From an uncultured virus (IMG/VR IMGVR_UViG_3300008111_000027) (Duplodnaviria; Heunggongvirae; Uroviricota; Caudoviricetes): a stretch of DNA of 64,000 nucleotides. Positions 34,706 to 44,327 of this stretch are shown here, piece by piece. The notes beneath the pieces were generated by a model. It was not told the origin of the DNA. It worked only from the letters and a program-made list of their open reading frames with translations, and searched no databases. The DNA is taken from the IMG/VR virus record IMGVR_UViG_3300008111_000027, positions 1 to 64,000 of that record; one strand, given 5' to 3'. The first letter of the stretch is position 1, and every line of letters starts with the position of its first letter. A program made the position numbers and the translations under genes.

Positions 34706-35704
34706 TTAATCTTCTTCTTCGAAATCGTAAGTTGTTGATTCCGCTAAATCAAAGTCGCTAGACCCTAATTTTTCTTTCCAAAAACTTGAATATTCTTTTT
34801 TATACGACTCCAAAGCTTCTTTGGTGTCGGCAATATATCCATTATGGACAACGATAACTTTACCGTCTTTGTAACCTAATCCATTAACGTGGTTTTTAAG
34901 GATTGAAATTTTGGTTCTAACAGCGTAAACAATTTTTCTACCGTCTTTGGTTGCATCAATGTGGTTGATACCTGATTTTTTCTGATTACCAAATAAGAAG
35001 ATAAGTGAAGACGCTAATTTTAATGCTTCACCACCTTTTGGTTTGATTTCAGGTTGACCCATTGGATTGTCAGGTAATTCTACCCATGGTTGATTCACCA
35101 CAACCATTGTCAAATAATATGACGAGTCTTTAGATGGGTAATCTTCTTTTTTTGATTTGGTAATTCTTGAGTGAATACCCATACCAATTTTATCGGATAA
35201 TGCACTTGCGTTGTGTTGTTTACCACCTTTACCATCAAAAGTCATCTTACATGGTATTGAACCAATTGAATCCCAACAAAATAAAATGTGTCTTGGGATT
35301 TCACCTTTTTCATGAGCATCAATGATGTCATTTATAAAATCGGTTGCTTGTTCAATATAGTCAAATGAATCATTGAAAATAAAATCACCTGTCCACTCGC
35401 CATTCGCATCTTTTTCAGCTTGGAAACCAAGTTCAATTGCGTGTTCCCATTTCCATTTTCTTTCAGTGATAATAAGTACGGGTAAATGGCCTTTCTTTTG
35501 TGCATCAACCGCAGCTAAAATCATTGCGGTTGTTTTTGATGAGTTTGTATGTCCTAAGAACATATTAATACCTCCCATCACGGGTCCTGGTAATCCACAT
35601 GCGTTGTTAAACGCCTCACCACAATAATAAAAGTTTTCATCCTTATATTTTGTTTTTGATGAGAATTTGGATATATAATCGAATTCTTTTTTCTTGATTG
35701 CCAT
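34706..35704 (-). CDS. uvsX: RecA/UvsX-like recombinase (start moved to MAIKKK)
   Basis: GLPG, degenerate Walker A GHTNSSKTT, WDSIG, VVVNQ, GGEALKLASS, KN. The ORF track's upstream start lies inside a hairpin. Confidence 0.88.
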   Translation of the reverse strand: MAIKKKEFDYISKFSSKTKYKDENFYYCGEAFNNACGLPGPVMGGINMFLGHTNSSKTTAMILAAVDAQKKGHLPVLIITERKWKWEHAIELGFQAEKDANGEWTGDFIFNDSFDYIEQATDFINDIIDAHEKGEIPRHILFCWDSIGSIPCKMTFDGKGGKQHNASALSDKIGMGIHSRITKSKKEDYPSKDSSYYLTMVVVNQPWVELPDNPMGQPEIKPKGGEALKLASSLIFLFGNQKKSGINHIDATKDGRKIVYAVRTKISILKNHVNGLGYKDGKVIVVHNGYIADTKEALESYKKEYSSFWKEKLGSSDFDLAESTTYDFEEED

Positions 35705-35730
35705 TGTATATTTTCTATTGTTTTTAATTA

Positions 35731-35775
35731 AAAAAGAAGAACTTGGACACAATGTCTAAGTATGTGTCCAAGTTC
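35731..35775 (-). terminator. Hairpin/terminator between ssb and uvsX
   Basis: 13-bp stem GAACTTGGACACA/TGTGTCCAAGTTC with an 11-nt loop, followed by TTCTTTTTT on the minus strand. Confidence 0.7.
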
Positions 35776-35782
35776 ATTTTAA

Positions 35783-36640
35783 TTAGAATGGTAGGTCGTC
35801 ATCCCCCTCCATGTCTTCTTGTGGGTCAACTTGAGGAACTGATGTTTTTGTTGGTGAAGATGGTTTAGACATTTCAATTTCTTGAGTGGAATTTGAAACA
35901 TATTTACCAGTTGTTGTATCCCATCTTGGGACTTCACCTTTAGCAATCATTTCTAAATACTCTTCAGGTTTTTTAGAATATACATCAGACCAAACCAATT
36001 CATCATTAATCCAAGTATCTGCAATAACTGAATCAGAGTGTAGTGGTGATTGGTCTTCAGGGATGATAGATGTAATTGTTGTGTATTCTCTACCGTTACC
36101 CGCCTTAGTTAGGTTAAGATTAAGAATCAAATCCCTTCCTTTCTGTGGGTCGGTAATATCACCTTTATTTCTGAAAAGAGGTGCAATTTTATCCAAAACA
36201 CCTTCACTTTTAGTGTTTCTTTTAAATCTCCAAAATTTAACACCATCTTGTTCTCTATCTCTATCAATAACTTTTACGATATAGAACATTTTAGATTTAT
36301 ACTGACGAGCTAAAATAGCATCTTGTTCGTCACCTGTCATTTTTAATCCTTCATGTACTTCGTTCAATGGTGAACGTTTACCTTCTTGATTTGGGTCATA
36401 CAGTTTAACCCAATTACCATCAACCTGTACCTCGTGGAAATACACGGGAACAAATGGGCTACTACCATCTTTCATAGGTAGGATTCTAATTCTTCTTTCA
36501 CCACTTCTTTCACCTTTTGGTAGGAGTGTGGTAAAATACTTCTTCATTCTATCCTCTTGGGATACCTTGTTTGTGTTGCCGCTTGCGACCTGTTTGTCTT
36601 TTTCGTACTGTGCCAGTACTGACTCTGTTGTTGACATCAT
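35783..36640 (-). CDS. Single-stranded DNA-binding protein (T4 gp32-like)
   Basis: RIRILP, FH, VKVIDRD, GVKFWRF, DITDP..GRDL and an acidic tail ending DDDLPF; next to the recombinase. Confidence 0.85.
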   Translation of the reverse strand: MMSTTESVLAQYEKDKQVASGNTNKVSQEDRMKKYFTTLLPKGERSGERRIRILPMKDGSSPFVPVYFHEVQVDGNWVKLYDPNQEGKRSPLNEVHEGLKMTGDEQDAILARQYKSKMFYIVKVIDRDREQDGVKFWRFKRNTKSEGVLDKIAPLFRNKGDITDPQKGRDLILNLNLTKAGNGREYTTITSIIPEDQSPLHSDSVIADTWINDELVWSDVYSKKPEEYLEMIAKGEVPRWDTTTGKYVSNSTQEIEMSKPSSPTKTSVPQVDPQEDMEGDDDLPF

Positions 36641-36688
36641 ATGTTTGTTTTTTAAAAGTTAGAAAATGTTTCTATGTAAAGTATAGAC

Positions 36689-36716
36689 AAAAAAAGTCAG
36701 ATTACAAAATCTGACT
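36689..36716 (-). terminator. Rho-independent terminator separating the late operon from the replication block
   Basis: Stem AGTCAGATT/AATCTGACT with a 4-nt loop, T-run on the minus strand and a T-run on the plus side (possibly bidirectional). Confidence 0.8.
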
Positions 36717-36748
36717 CTCTTTTTTTTTAAAATTGTTTTGGGAAGGGG

Positions 36749-37123
36749 TTACTCAAGAGTTAAAAGATACAGTAATTTATTCAATAAACCAAGCATCTCA
36801 TCTCTTAAATTTAACAAATCAGTGTCTAATCTATCATCTAAGTCATCTGAGAACTCAACAAGAGCTTCAGTACAAACTTTGACCATGTCAACGGGATTGA
36901 CCTCTGAAAGGTTTACTAACTGAATAGTATTTGTATCCTCTTCAAGTGTAAATCTACCATATTTACCCATGGCAACCTCAACAAATTCGTCAATAAGGTC
37001 TGATAAACCATCATAGGTTTTACCAAAAGCGTCGTGCCTGGCAATACCTTTTGTTTGCCAATGGTTTATTTTCATTTGTAATTGTAAACCTAATAAGAAG
37101 TTTACTTTAGAACTTAAATTCAT
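36749..37123 (-). CDS. Ferritin/Dps-like four-helix bundle protein (DUF5856-like)
   Basis: HWQT...RHDAFGKTYDGLSDLIDEFVE matches the Dps-type H-W/H/D/E pattern; C-terminal NKLLYLLTL. Confidence 0.75.
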   Translation of the reverse strand: MNLSSKVNFLLGLQLQMKINHWQTKGIARHDAFGKTYDGLSDLIDEFVEVAMGKYGRFTLEEDTNTIQLVNLSEVNPVDMVKVCTEALVEFSDDLDDRLDTDLLNLRDEMLGLLNKLLYLLTLE

Positions 37124-37736
37124 CTTCCTCTGTTTCTGCGTTAAAACTATCTTTTATTGTGTCGTTTGAATAATCTTCAATATCTTGCTTGGTGAGGACG
37201 TATTCGTTTTTACCTGTTTGTTGCATCTCACCTTGTTTTTGAGCAAAAAACTCTTGGGGATTTAGATTGAAAGGGTATGAATCCAAAGAACGTAACTCCA
37301 ACTTTTCTTGTGGTGATTTTTCTTTCATGGTTTCAACCTTGCTACCTAATTCATCAATTTTGTTCATTACCGCATCCATCTGAGATAATTTTTGTTCCAA
37401 ATCTGTCAGTTTAGTAAATACTGTTTCCATTTTACCAACAACATCATTGTTATTAGATTTGCTATCATCCAAATCCTTTTTAATTGATTTAGTCATATTA
37501 ACTAAATCTGTGATATCGATTTCTTCGGTATCTTCCACGGGTGCTGCCGGTGCTGGTGGGACTTCAGCGGGCATCGGTGCTGCTGGGTCCATAGGTGGTA
37601 CATCACCAGGTGGTGGGGGTGGTACATCTCCAACAGGAGGTGGTACTTCACCTTGTTCCATTAAGGTTTTTGCATATTTGTTAATCGCGTTGTATCTCGC
37701 GAGTTCTTCCATAAGTGATTTTTCTAATTTTTTCAT
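37107..37736 (-). CDS. Hypothetical protein with Pro-rich linker and coiled coil
   Basis: 209 aa. GEVPPPVGDVPPPPPGDVPP followed by a heptad-like segment. Confidence 0.8.
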   Translation of the reverse strand: MKKLEKSLMEELARYNAINKYAKTLMEQGEVPPPVGDVPPPPPGDVPPMDPAAPMPAEVPPAPAAPVEDTEEIDITDLVNMTKSIKKDLDDSKSNNNDVVGKMETVFTKLTDLEQKLSQMDAVMNKIDELGSKVETMKEKSPQEKLELRSLDSYPFNLNPQEFFAQKQGEMQQTGKNEYVLTKQDIEDYSNDTIKDSFNAETEEDEFKF

Positions 37737-37738
37737 AG

Positions 37739-37945
37739 TTAGTCTTGTAAAAGTTGTCTACCGTCTTCGGTTATAAATTTTTTGTTTATTCTTTCTACTA
37801 TACCATCCTTAGACCTGATAACATAACATTCACCGGTTTGAAGGTCGCATTCTTCTGTTTCCATTCCGTCTTTTGAAACGGATTTTACTTGTTTTGGATT
37901 TTTCATGTAGTTATCCAAAGTATTATTCAATTTTTCGTTGTTCAT
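37739..37945 (-). CDS. Small hypothetical protein
   Basis: 68 aa, CDLQTGEC motif, TATTTAT motif upstream. Confidence 0.75.
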   Translation of the reverse strand: MNNEKLNNTLDNYMKNPKQVKSVSKDGMETEECDLQTGECYVIRSKDGIVERINKKFITEDGRQLLQD

Positions 37946-37958
37946 GGTATTTTCTTTA

Positions 37959-37965
37959 ATAAATA
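37959..37965 (-). promoter_or_regulatory. Candidate late promoter (GA)TATTTAT
   Basis: 13 nt upstream of ATG 37945. Confidence 0.55.
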
Positions 37966-37990
37966 TCTAAAAAAGTGGAAAACTTAAAAA

Positions 37991-40900
37991 TTAATCCATT
38001 TTAAAGTATACAACGTCTCCATCGTATAGTCCTAATTCGGACATAAGTTTCGGTGACATACCCATACCAATCTCGGTAGACTTCGGTCCTCTACTAATTG
38101 GACCTTCAACCACTATTGAACCAACAGTTTTGTCTAATTGGTAATTAGGATTTACTGTTAATTGAGTATTGTTTTTAGGGTTCTTAAATGTTGTTTTAGC
38201 AGTTTTTATAACATCATTAGTAATGGTTCTTGACAATTGAAAATCCACATTATAGAATTTATAACTTGAATCCTTAACGTCAGACCATGTAATTCCGTTT
38301 GTGAGATTAAATCCTTGTGCGTCATCTATTGGGTATTTTTCTCCACCCATTTTATATACAATAGTTCTAAACCATTCCTCATTACCGTTTCTAACTTTTT
38401 GTATTAGACGAGTTTCATTATATCCATTATATGGTACACCAAATCTGTTAATACCAACTTCTTGAATAACCGTTTCACCCTGTATATTTTTACCTTGTCT
38501 GTCCGTAACATATGGTATTCCTTGGTATATAACTTCTTGGTCGGTGTCGGTATCGTTAGCGGCTCTCTGTTTGATTTTAGCAATAGCTTTTGCTTGAATT
38601 TTATCAAATAGAATTCGATAACTTGCAACAAATGAGTCTTTAGGGTCAGGTAATGAAGTATATGGTATTCGTGTTCCTGAAAAACTTGTTGAGATGTTAT
38701 TACCCTTGATTTGATGAGAAACCTCAGTAATCCAATATGAACCCCTAAACATAGGTATGTTTTTTAAGTAAAAGAACATTGTTGGTTGAATCATAACGTT
38801 ACCCATGGCAGTTACACCACATTTATATGATGCTTGTTTATAATAATCGAATAAACTTGTGTCTACATTATGAACACCAGCACCTGAAGCCGACCTTGAT
38901 AGATTTTCTAAAACTTGAAAAGACTCTGATGTATTTTTTAGTGTACTTTGGTCTAATGTAACTCCTTTGAATATACCTTGATTTTGGTCACCAAAACTCA
39001 CCTCAAACGCAACTACCCTATTAGATTTTGATAAATCGTTTTGTGAGAAACCTTCTAATGATGTTATTAATAATGGGTTTGGAGTTTGTCCACCAATATA
39101 AAAACTATCGTCAACAAACTTATACGCCTTACTATTGGACATATCAATTCTTTTCGATGTTTGTCCAACTAATTGTATGATAACTTTTGGTGTCGCCTCT
39201 TGATAATCAACCTCTAAGAATGTACCAAATAAAGTTGATGCCACTTTTTTTGATGGTGTTATTTTATTCTTATTTGTCAAGTTATTACCATAAAAATTTA
39301 TATAGGCAGGTAACGCTCTCATATCTAATCCAGTACCTTGTATTATCATAGAAATGGCGTTGTACAAAGGAAGTTTAGAGTTGTTTGGGTCCAATAAAGG
39401 TGTAAACTTATCTATGTTTAAATAAAATTTATCACCAATGTCTCTATTGGCTTTGTCTAAGAATAAAAATTCCTCAAGTAACAAACGTTGACCAATTGAA
39501 TTACCGGCGGTCCATTTATCGTTAAATGATTTGAAAGTGTTATACAATTCTAACTTTGTTTGAGTTGAATTGTAACCTCTAAACATATCAATACTAGCAG
39601 CAGGATTACCCGTGGCGTTACTCGTTAAATTACCTAATAATGGTAAAAGTGTATTCAAATACAAAGCAAGTCTAGCTTCAGCCCCTTTTGGAACATTTGT
39701 TCCACCTGTATTTTTAAGTATTATTGAATCTTGTAAATAAGTTAAAAACGCGGCTTTGGTGTTGGTTCCTCCCGCTTTTCGATATCCACCATATATTTGA
39801 GCCAACGGCCTATGTTTTTTTATGTTATCTTCAGTTAATTTAACGTCCAATAAACTAAAGAAATTAACATAGTAACTATCAATATCTTCACCAATATATA
39901 ATTTAATAAAATTAAGATTTGGGGTTGTTAAATCTGAAGCACTGAAAGGTTGTGGTTTATAAGTTGTCAAAGACTTATAAGGTTGAACCGCTGTCAAACC
40001 ATATAAAGAATTGGCATCAATTTCTTTTGGGTTTGCTAACGTAAATTTTATTAAGTTGTTAGCACTTAATATATCTGTAGTGATAGATTCAGCGTTTCTT
40101 TTTTGTCTTTCTTTTAATGTGTTACCAATTAATAAATCAATATCATTACTATCATCGTCTTTCTTTTCAACAACGGATAATTTCTTTAACATATCTTGGA
40201 ATTTAGGATAACTAATATTCCTAAAAATGTTATACGGTATTTCTTCATTTATTTTTTCACTAGCAAAATCAAGAAAGAAACTTTCAAAATACTCAAGTAT
40301 TTGAGGGCTAAATGTACCGATTAAATCTAACGCCTTTTTGTAATTAGTTGATATTGAATATGTGTTACCTGTTGTCCTAAAATAATCGTACGGACTTGGG
40401 AACGTTTGTCCACTAAAACTAGTTGAAAGAGTGTCGTTTAGGTACCAAAGTGTTTTAAATGTCAACTCCTCAGCTACTGTGAATGTGTTACTATTGGATA
40501 TGTCACTATTTTTATGTCCCCCAAGAGATGGTAATAAAGTGTAGTTTTTGTCTGAGGTTATGTATTTGGAATTATCCATAACCACGTCCCAATAATTCAT
40601 ACCGCTTTTTTGTGTAACCCTATGTAATAATTTACCCGATGTACTTGTGGAAGAATATGAAACATTACCTAAAGTTATATCATAAGTTGCATAGTCATTT
40701 ACTATTTGACTGTACACAGTTTGATAGAACGGTCTAATACCTGCATTAGTGTAACCAGTATATGTAACACCTGAAGTTGAACCTGATGATGTGGAAATTT
40801 TTGGTACTATATCAAAGGTCACATATTCATCATAAACAGCAAATACTGTGGCACCTGTTAGTCCTGTAAGTGGAGTTTGTGAAATTGTAAATCCTGTAGT

Positions 40901-43900
40901 ACTTGTAATATTTGTAATGTACGTATTCGGCGCTGTTTGTCCTGTACCAGCAATAACCGTAACGGTCATTCCTGTTTGTAGTCCTATTGTACTTGGTACA
41001 TTAATCGTAGTACCACTACTACTTGCGTTTGTTGATGTGTATGTTATTAGTGCACCATTATTATCAAATAGGGTTTTACCTGTTAATGGTTTTGTAACAT
41101 AGCTTGAATTTACACATCCATTCAAAATATCGTAACCATCTATTAAGTGTGTTTTATATCTATGATAAATTGAACCCCATTTTAACATTAAATGATATGG
41201 TATAAAATGTGTAGACGATACTTCTCTAAATAAAGAAGATGTTAATATTGACTGACCTCCAAATGTTATTTGTTCATCTAAATCAATGAAAGGTAATGAG
41301 TTTAATAACAAATACGATGAACCAGCGTACTTACCTCGTAAAGTTGATTTATTAAAATCATTAAATAATTGATTATGAAAATATGGTGTGTTTAATATTG
41401 AGGTTGTGTTTCCTGTAACATTAATCGTATTTTTAAAAAAGTCAGTGCTGTCTGCTGATGGTTTAACCCATGATTTAGATTCTATTGGTGAACATATAAA
41501 ACCTTGAGAACTGTTAACTTTTAAAATGCCATTAAATTTAAAATTATCTCTTGTGAAATTTGTTTTACCTAAATAATTCAAATATGTTGTTGAATTGAAG
41601 GGGTATATGTCTGTCCTGTATGTTTCAGGTTCGTAATCAATTAAAATTTTATTTAAATCATCTTCTTTTAAATCACCCGTAGGGTTAGTTGCTGTCTCGT
41701 CATATTTTTCAAATTTAAATGGTTCGTCAATGACTGAAGATATATAATTGGTTGTTGGTAGATGGTCTTTAAAATAATTGAATCTTTCATATGGTGATAA
41801 TCCAGGTAGATATCCATCATAAACCGTAGTGGTCTTAGGTGTCCCATCTTCATTTTTTTGAATAACACCGTTTTCTCTTAATTCTGTTTTTGTAACAGGA
41901 GCAATTAATTGGTCTTTATTGGTTATTTTTTTTGCTAACTCAATAATATCGTTATCGTCTTTTATTAATTCTTGAATATTTTTAAATTCTTCATTGGCCA
42001 ACTGTCTAATCATTTGGTCATTAAAAGAATCAAACAATGTTGAATACAGTGCTCTTTCGTACAATTCGTAAACAAATCCCGCGTAACTTTTATCAATAAA
42101 TGGTATAGATTCATTTATAACGTCAATACCTGATAAGTCTTCAATTTTTTGATTTTCAGTATTTGAATCAAAAACATAATTTACATCATTTCTTGTGGGT
42201 TCCCCATTTACGTTTGTTTCTACCCTATTGGTTACAATTTTAATATACTCTTCAATAAAGTCAATTTCAGGCCAAAGGGTTTTGTCATAAGATTTTAATT
42301 TGTGAACTAATTCTTCATCACCGGGATACGCAATTACATTTTGTTTACCACCACCTTGGGGTTTTTTTACTTCAGGCCATGGATATATGTTTTCACCTTT
42401 TGATTCTTTTGATAAATTTGTTAAAGTCTTTTTTCTATTATTAGCAGCATCAAAAGCCTTGTTATGAACATCTTTCATTAACCTAATAAAAACCTCAGCA
42501 TTAGCTAATAAAACCGCAAACATATTTCTTACGGTTGGTTCGAATCCAAATCCATATTCTTTACTTTTGATGACCTTATTCATTTCTGATTCAACATCAT
42601 CTTCGACTTTTTTTCTTTGTTCCTCAAATGATTTTCTTATTTGAAAAATGTCTTCAAAAATTCCATCAATATGTACAACTACTTTTTTATCATTAAGAAC
42701 TTTATAATATGAACTTACGTTTTTAACATTCCTAATTGAAATCCTTTTGAAGTCTCCACTTGTTTGATTTAATAGTTCTTGAGTTAAAAGTTTGGTTTTA
42801 CCCATAGCGGCATTGAAACTAGATAAAAGGAGTTCAAGAGCACCCGCTCCGTTACCTAATATATGTTTTGTCTCTGTCTTATCTTTCGCGTTCAAATAAA
42901 ACCATAAATCACTAATTGTTTCATTATTGGTTGCAGTTTTAGTAAATGATGTATATTCTTGTGATAGATATTGTTTACCCCAAGCCTTAATTGAATTTTC
43001 AAAATCATTGAGAAGGGTGTCCATTTCTTTTATACCAGAAAAGACATCCATACTGACTTTACTAAAAATTTGTTGTTCAAGTATTTTATCAAGAGTTTCA
43101 GCGATGTAACCAATTTCTTTTAGGGTACGAACAGGAAAACCTTTTGGGATTAAACCTTTTTGTTCGTATTGTCTATACACCGATTTTAATATCGTATAAC
43201 CTCTTGATGATTGTTTTACTCTTTTTTCATATAATCCTGTACTTTCATTAAATTTTGTATTGTCTTTTTCTTCGACCAAAAACATATAAGGGCAGTTGAT
43301 AATTGCAGACAATGGGATATCGTTTAACCATGCAAAAGTTGAACCAACAAACTTTGTTGTTATTTCAAAATTACCATTAGATTCATTAAATCTCGATTTA
43401 AAATCGGTCATATGTAATCTATAACGAATGGCTTTACCGTAGTAACCTTTAACTGTTAAATAAAAAATTGGCCACGGTAAATGGAAGAAAGCTCGATAAG
43501 GTGAGTTTTCAGAAGATTCGAAAAGAGTTTTACCTCTTACGTCAACAAAGTTTATAGTGATTTGTGGAACAAAGTTGGCACCTTTTACGTCAATATTAAT
43601 TGAATCAATACCAAAAGATTGTCCTGTTGGGTCTTTGAATTGGTCCTCACCGAATGTTACGTCATATCCATCTTTATATGTAGATTCTTGACCCTGAATT
43701 GGTTTGGGAACAAAAGCGTCAGTCCATGTGGCATCAAAGTTCCCATCACCACTTGCGTTTCTTAAAAAATTGAGATTACCTTTTGCAACTTGAGTTAGTG
43801 TATTTCCTACGTTATCGTCAGCAATAAGAGTCGTTCTTGGAATCAAATCAGCTTCCAAGTTCACATACATGACTAAGTTTTCTTGTTTATGTCCTCTTGG

Positions 43901-44014
43901 TTGAACTTCTCCGTTTGCATCAACAACACTATTTGGGTCAACATAAATAAGATTGTTTTGGTCAACTTTTACAAGTATGTTTTCATTATTTGGGTAATCA
44001 TTATTGCTCGCCAT
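37991..44014 (-). CDS. Very large baseplate hub protein (T4 gp27 / gpD / VgrG-like scaffold with long insertions)
   Basis: 2007 aa. N-terminal GIDSINID...PQITINFVDVRG; C-terminal YKCGVTAMGNVMIQPTMFFYL..IPMFRGSYWITEVSHQI..STSFSGTR hub motif; follows the gp53-like gene. Confidence 0.7.
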   Translation of the reverse strand: MASNNDYPNNENILVKVDQNNLIYVDPNSVVDANGEVQPRGHKQENLVMYVNLEADLIPRTTLIADDNVGNTLTQVAKGNLNFLRNASGDGNFDATWTDAFVPKPIQGQESTYKDGYDVTFGEDQFKDPTGQSFGIDSINIDVKGANFVPQITINFVDVRGKTLFESSENSPYRAFFHLPWPIFYLTVKGYYGKAIRYRLHMTDFKSRFNESNGNFEITTKFVGSTFAWLNDIPLSAIINCPYMFLVEEKDNTKFNESTGLYEKRVKQSSRGYTILKSVYRQYEQKGLIPKGFPVRTLKEIGYIAETLDKILEQQIFSKVSMDVFSGIKEMDTLLNDFENSIKAWGKQYLSQEYTSFTKTATNNETISDLWFYLNAKDKTETKHILGNGAGALELLLSSFNAAMGKTKLLTQELLNQTSGDFKRISIRNVKNVSSYYKVLNDKKVVVHIDGIFEDIFQIRKSFEEQRKKVEDDVESEMNKVIKSKEYGFGFEPTVRNMFAVLLANAEVFIRLMKDVHNKAFDAANNRKKTLTNLSKESKGENIYPWPEVKKPQGGGKQNVIAYPGDEELVHKLKSYDKTLWPEIDFIEEYIKIVTNRVETNVNGEPTRNDVNYVFDSNTENQKIEDLSGIDVINESIPFIDKSYAGFVYELYERALYSTLFDSFNDQMIRQLANEEFKNIQELIKDDNDIIELAKKITNKDQLIAPVTKTELRENGVIQKNEDGTPKTTTVYDGYLPGLSPYERFNYFKDHLPTTNYISSVIDEPFKFEKYDETATNPTGDLKEDDLNKILIDYEPETYRTDIYPFNSTTYLNYLGKTNFTRDNFKFNGILKVNSSQGFICSPIESKSWVKPSADSTDFFKNTINVTGNTTSILNTPYFHNQLFNDFNKSTLRGKYAGSSYLLLNSLPFIDLDEQITFGGQSILTSSLFREVSSTHFIPYHLMLKWGSIYHRYKTHLIDGYDILNGCVNSSYVTKPLTGKTLFDNNGALITYTSTNASSSGTTINVPSTIGLQTGMTVTVIAGTGQTAPNTYITNITSTTGFTISQTPLTGLTGATVFAVYDEYVTFDIVPKISTSSGSTSGVTYTGYTNAGIRPFYQTVYSQIVNDYATYDITLGNVSYSSTSTSGKLLHRVTQKSGMNYWDVVMDNSKYITSDKNYTLLPSLGGHKNSDISNSNTFTVAEELTFKTLWYLNDTLSTSFSGQTFPSPYDYFRTTGNTYSISTNYKKALDLIGTFSPQILEYFESFFLDFASEKINEEIPYNIFRNISYPKFQDMLKKLSVVEKKDDDSNDIDLLIGNTLKERQKRNAESITTDILSANNLIKFTLANPKEIDANSLYGLTAVQPYKSLTTYKPQPFSASDLTTPNLNFIKLYIGEDIDSYYVNFFSLLDVKLTEDNIKKHRPLAQIYGGYRKAGGTNTKAAFLTYLQDSIILKNTGGTNVPKGAEARLALYLNTLLPLLGNLTSNATGNPAASIDMFRGYNSTQTKLELYNTFKSFNDKWTAGNSIGQRLLLEEFLFLDKANRDIGDKFYLNIDKFTPLLDPNNSKLPLYNAISMIIQGTGLDMRALPAYINFYGNNLTNKNKITPSKKVASTLFGTFLEVDYQEATPKVIIQLVGQTSKRIDMSNSKAYKFVDDSFYIGGQTPNPLLITSLEGFSQNDLSKSNRVVAFEVSFGDQNQGIFKGVTLDQSTLKNTSESFQVLENLSRSASGAGVHNVDTSLFDYYKQASYKCGVTAMGNVMIQPTMFFYLKNIPMFRGSYWITEVSHQIKGNNISTSFSGTRIPYTSLPDPKDSFVASYRILFDKIQAKAIAKIKQRAANDTDTDQEVIYQGIPYVTDRQGKNIQGETVIQEVGINRFGVPYNGYNETRLIQKVRNGNEEWFRTIVYKMGGEKYPIDDAQGFNLTNGITWSDVKDSSYKFYNVDFQLSRTITNDVIKTAKTTFKNPKNNTQLTVNPNYQLDKTVGSIVVEGPISRGPKSTEIGMGMSPKLMSELGLYDGDVVYFKMD

Positions 44015-44327
44015 AATATAGGTTATACAATTCTACACTTCTTTTATAATCTTGTAAAGACGTTGTGAGAGGAAAAGGTATTCTAATAACAAAATTATCA
44101 GGTATCTGAAATTCAACACTACCAGCGGTTGGATTTGCTTGTAATATTAACCAACCAAATACTGGTGAACCATAATAATCTTGAGATATCTTATCGAATC
44201 TATCTCTACCTTTTTTATAAAACATATATCTGTCAGAAGGTTTTATTGGGATTTCAATACCTGGTACAATCCTAAATTTACCATCTTCAACAAAAAACTG
44301 ATATCTATCAAAATACTGTCTACTCAT
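44001..44327 (-). CDS. Baseplate wedge protein gp53 / LysM-like (P2 gpX-like)
   Basis: DRFDKISQDYYGSPVFGWLILQANP...IRIP signature. Confidence 0.85.
   Translation of the reverse strand: MSRQYFDRYQFFVEDGKFRIVPGIEIPIKPSDRYMFYKKGRDRFDKISQDYYGSPVFGWLILQANPTAGSVEFQIPDNFVIRIPFPLTTSLQDYKRSVELYNLYYGEQ

Noticed and set aside
35705..35752. N-terminal extension of the RecA-like ORF (MCPSSS...)
   Set aside because: It starts within a terminator hairpin; the ATG at 35704 with an A-rich leader is more plausible.
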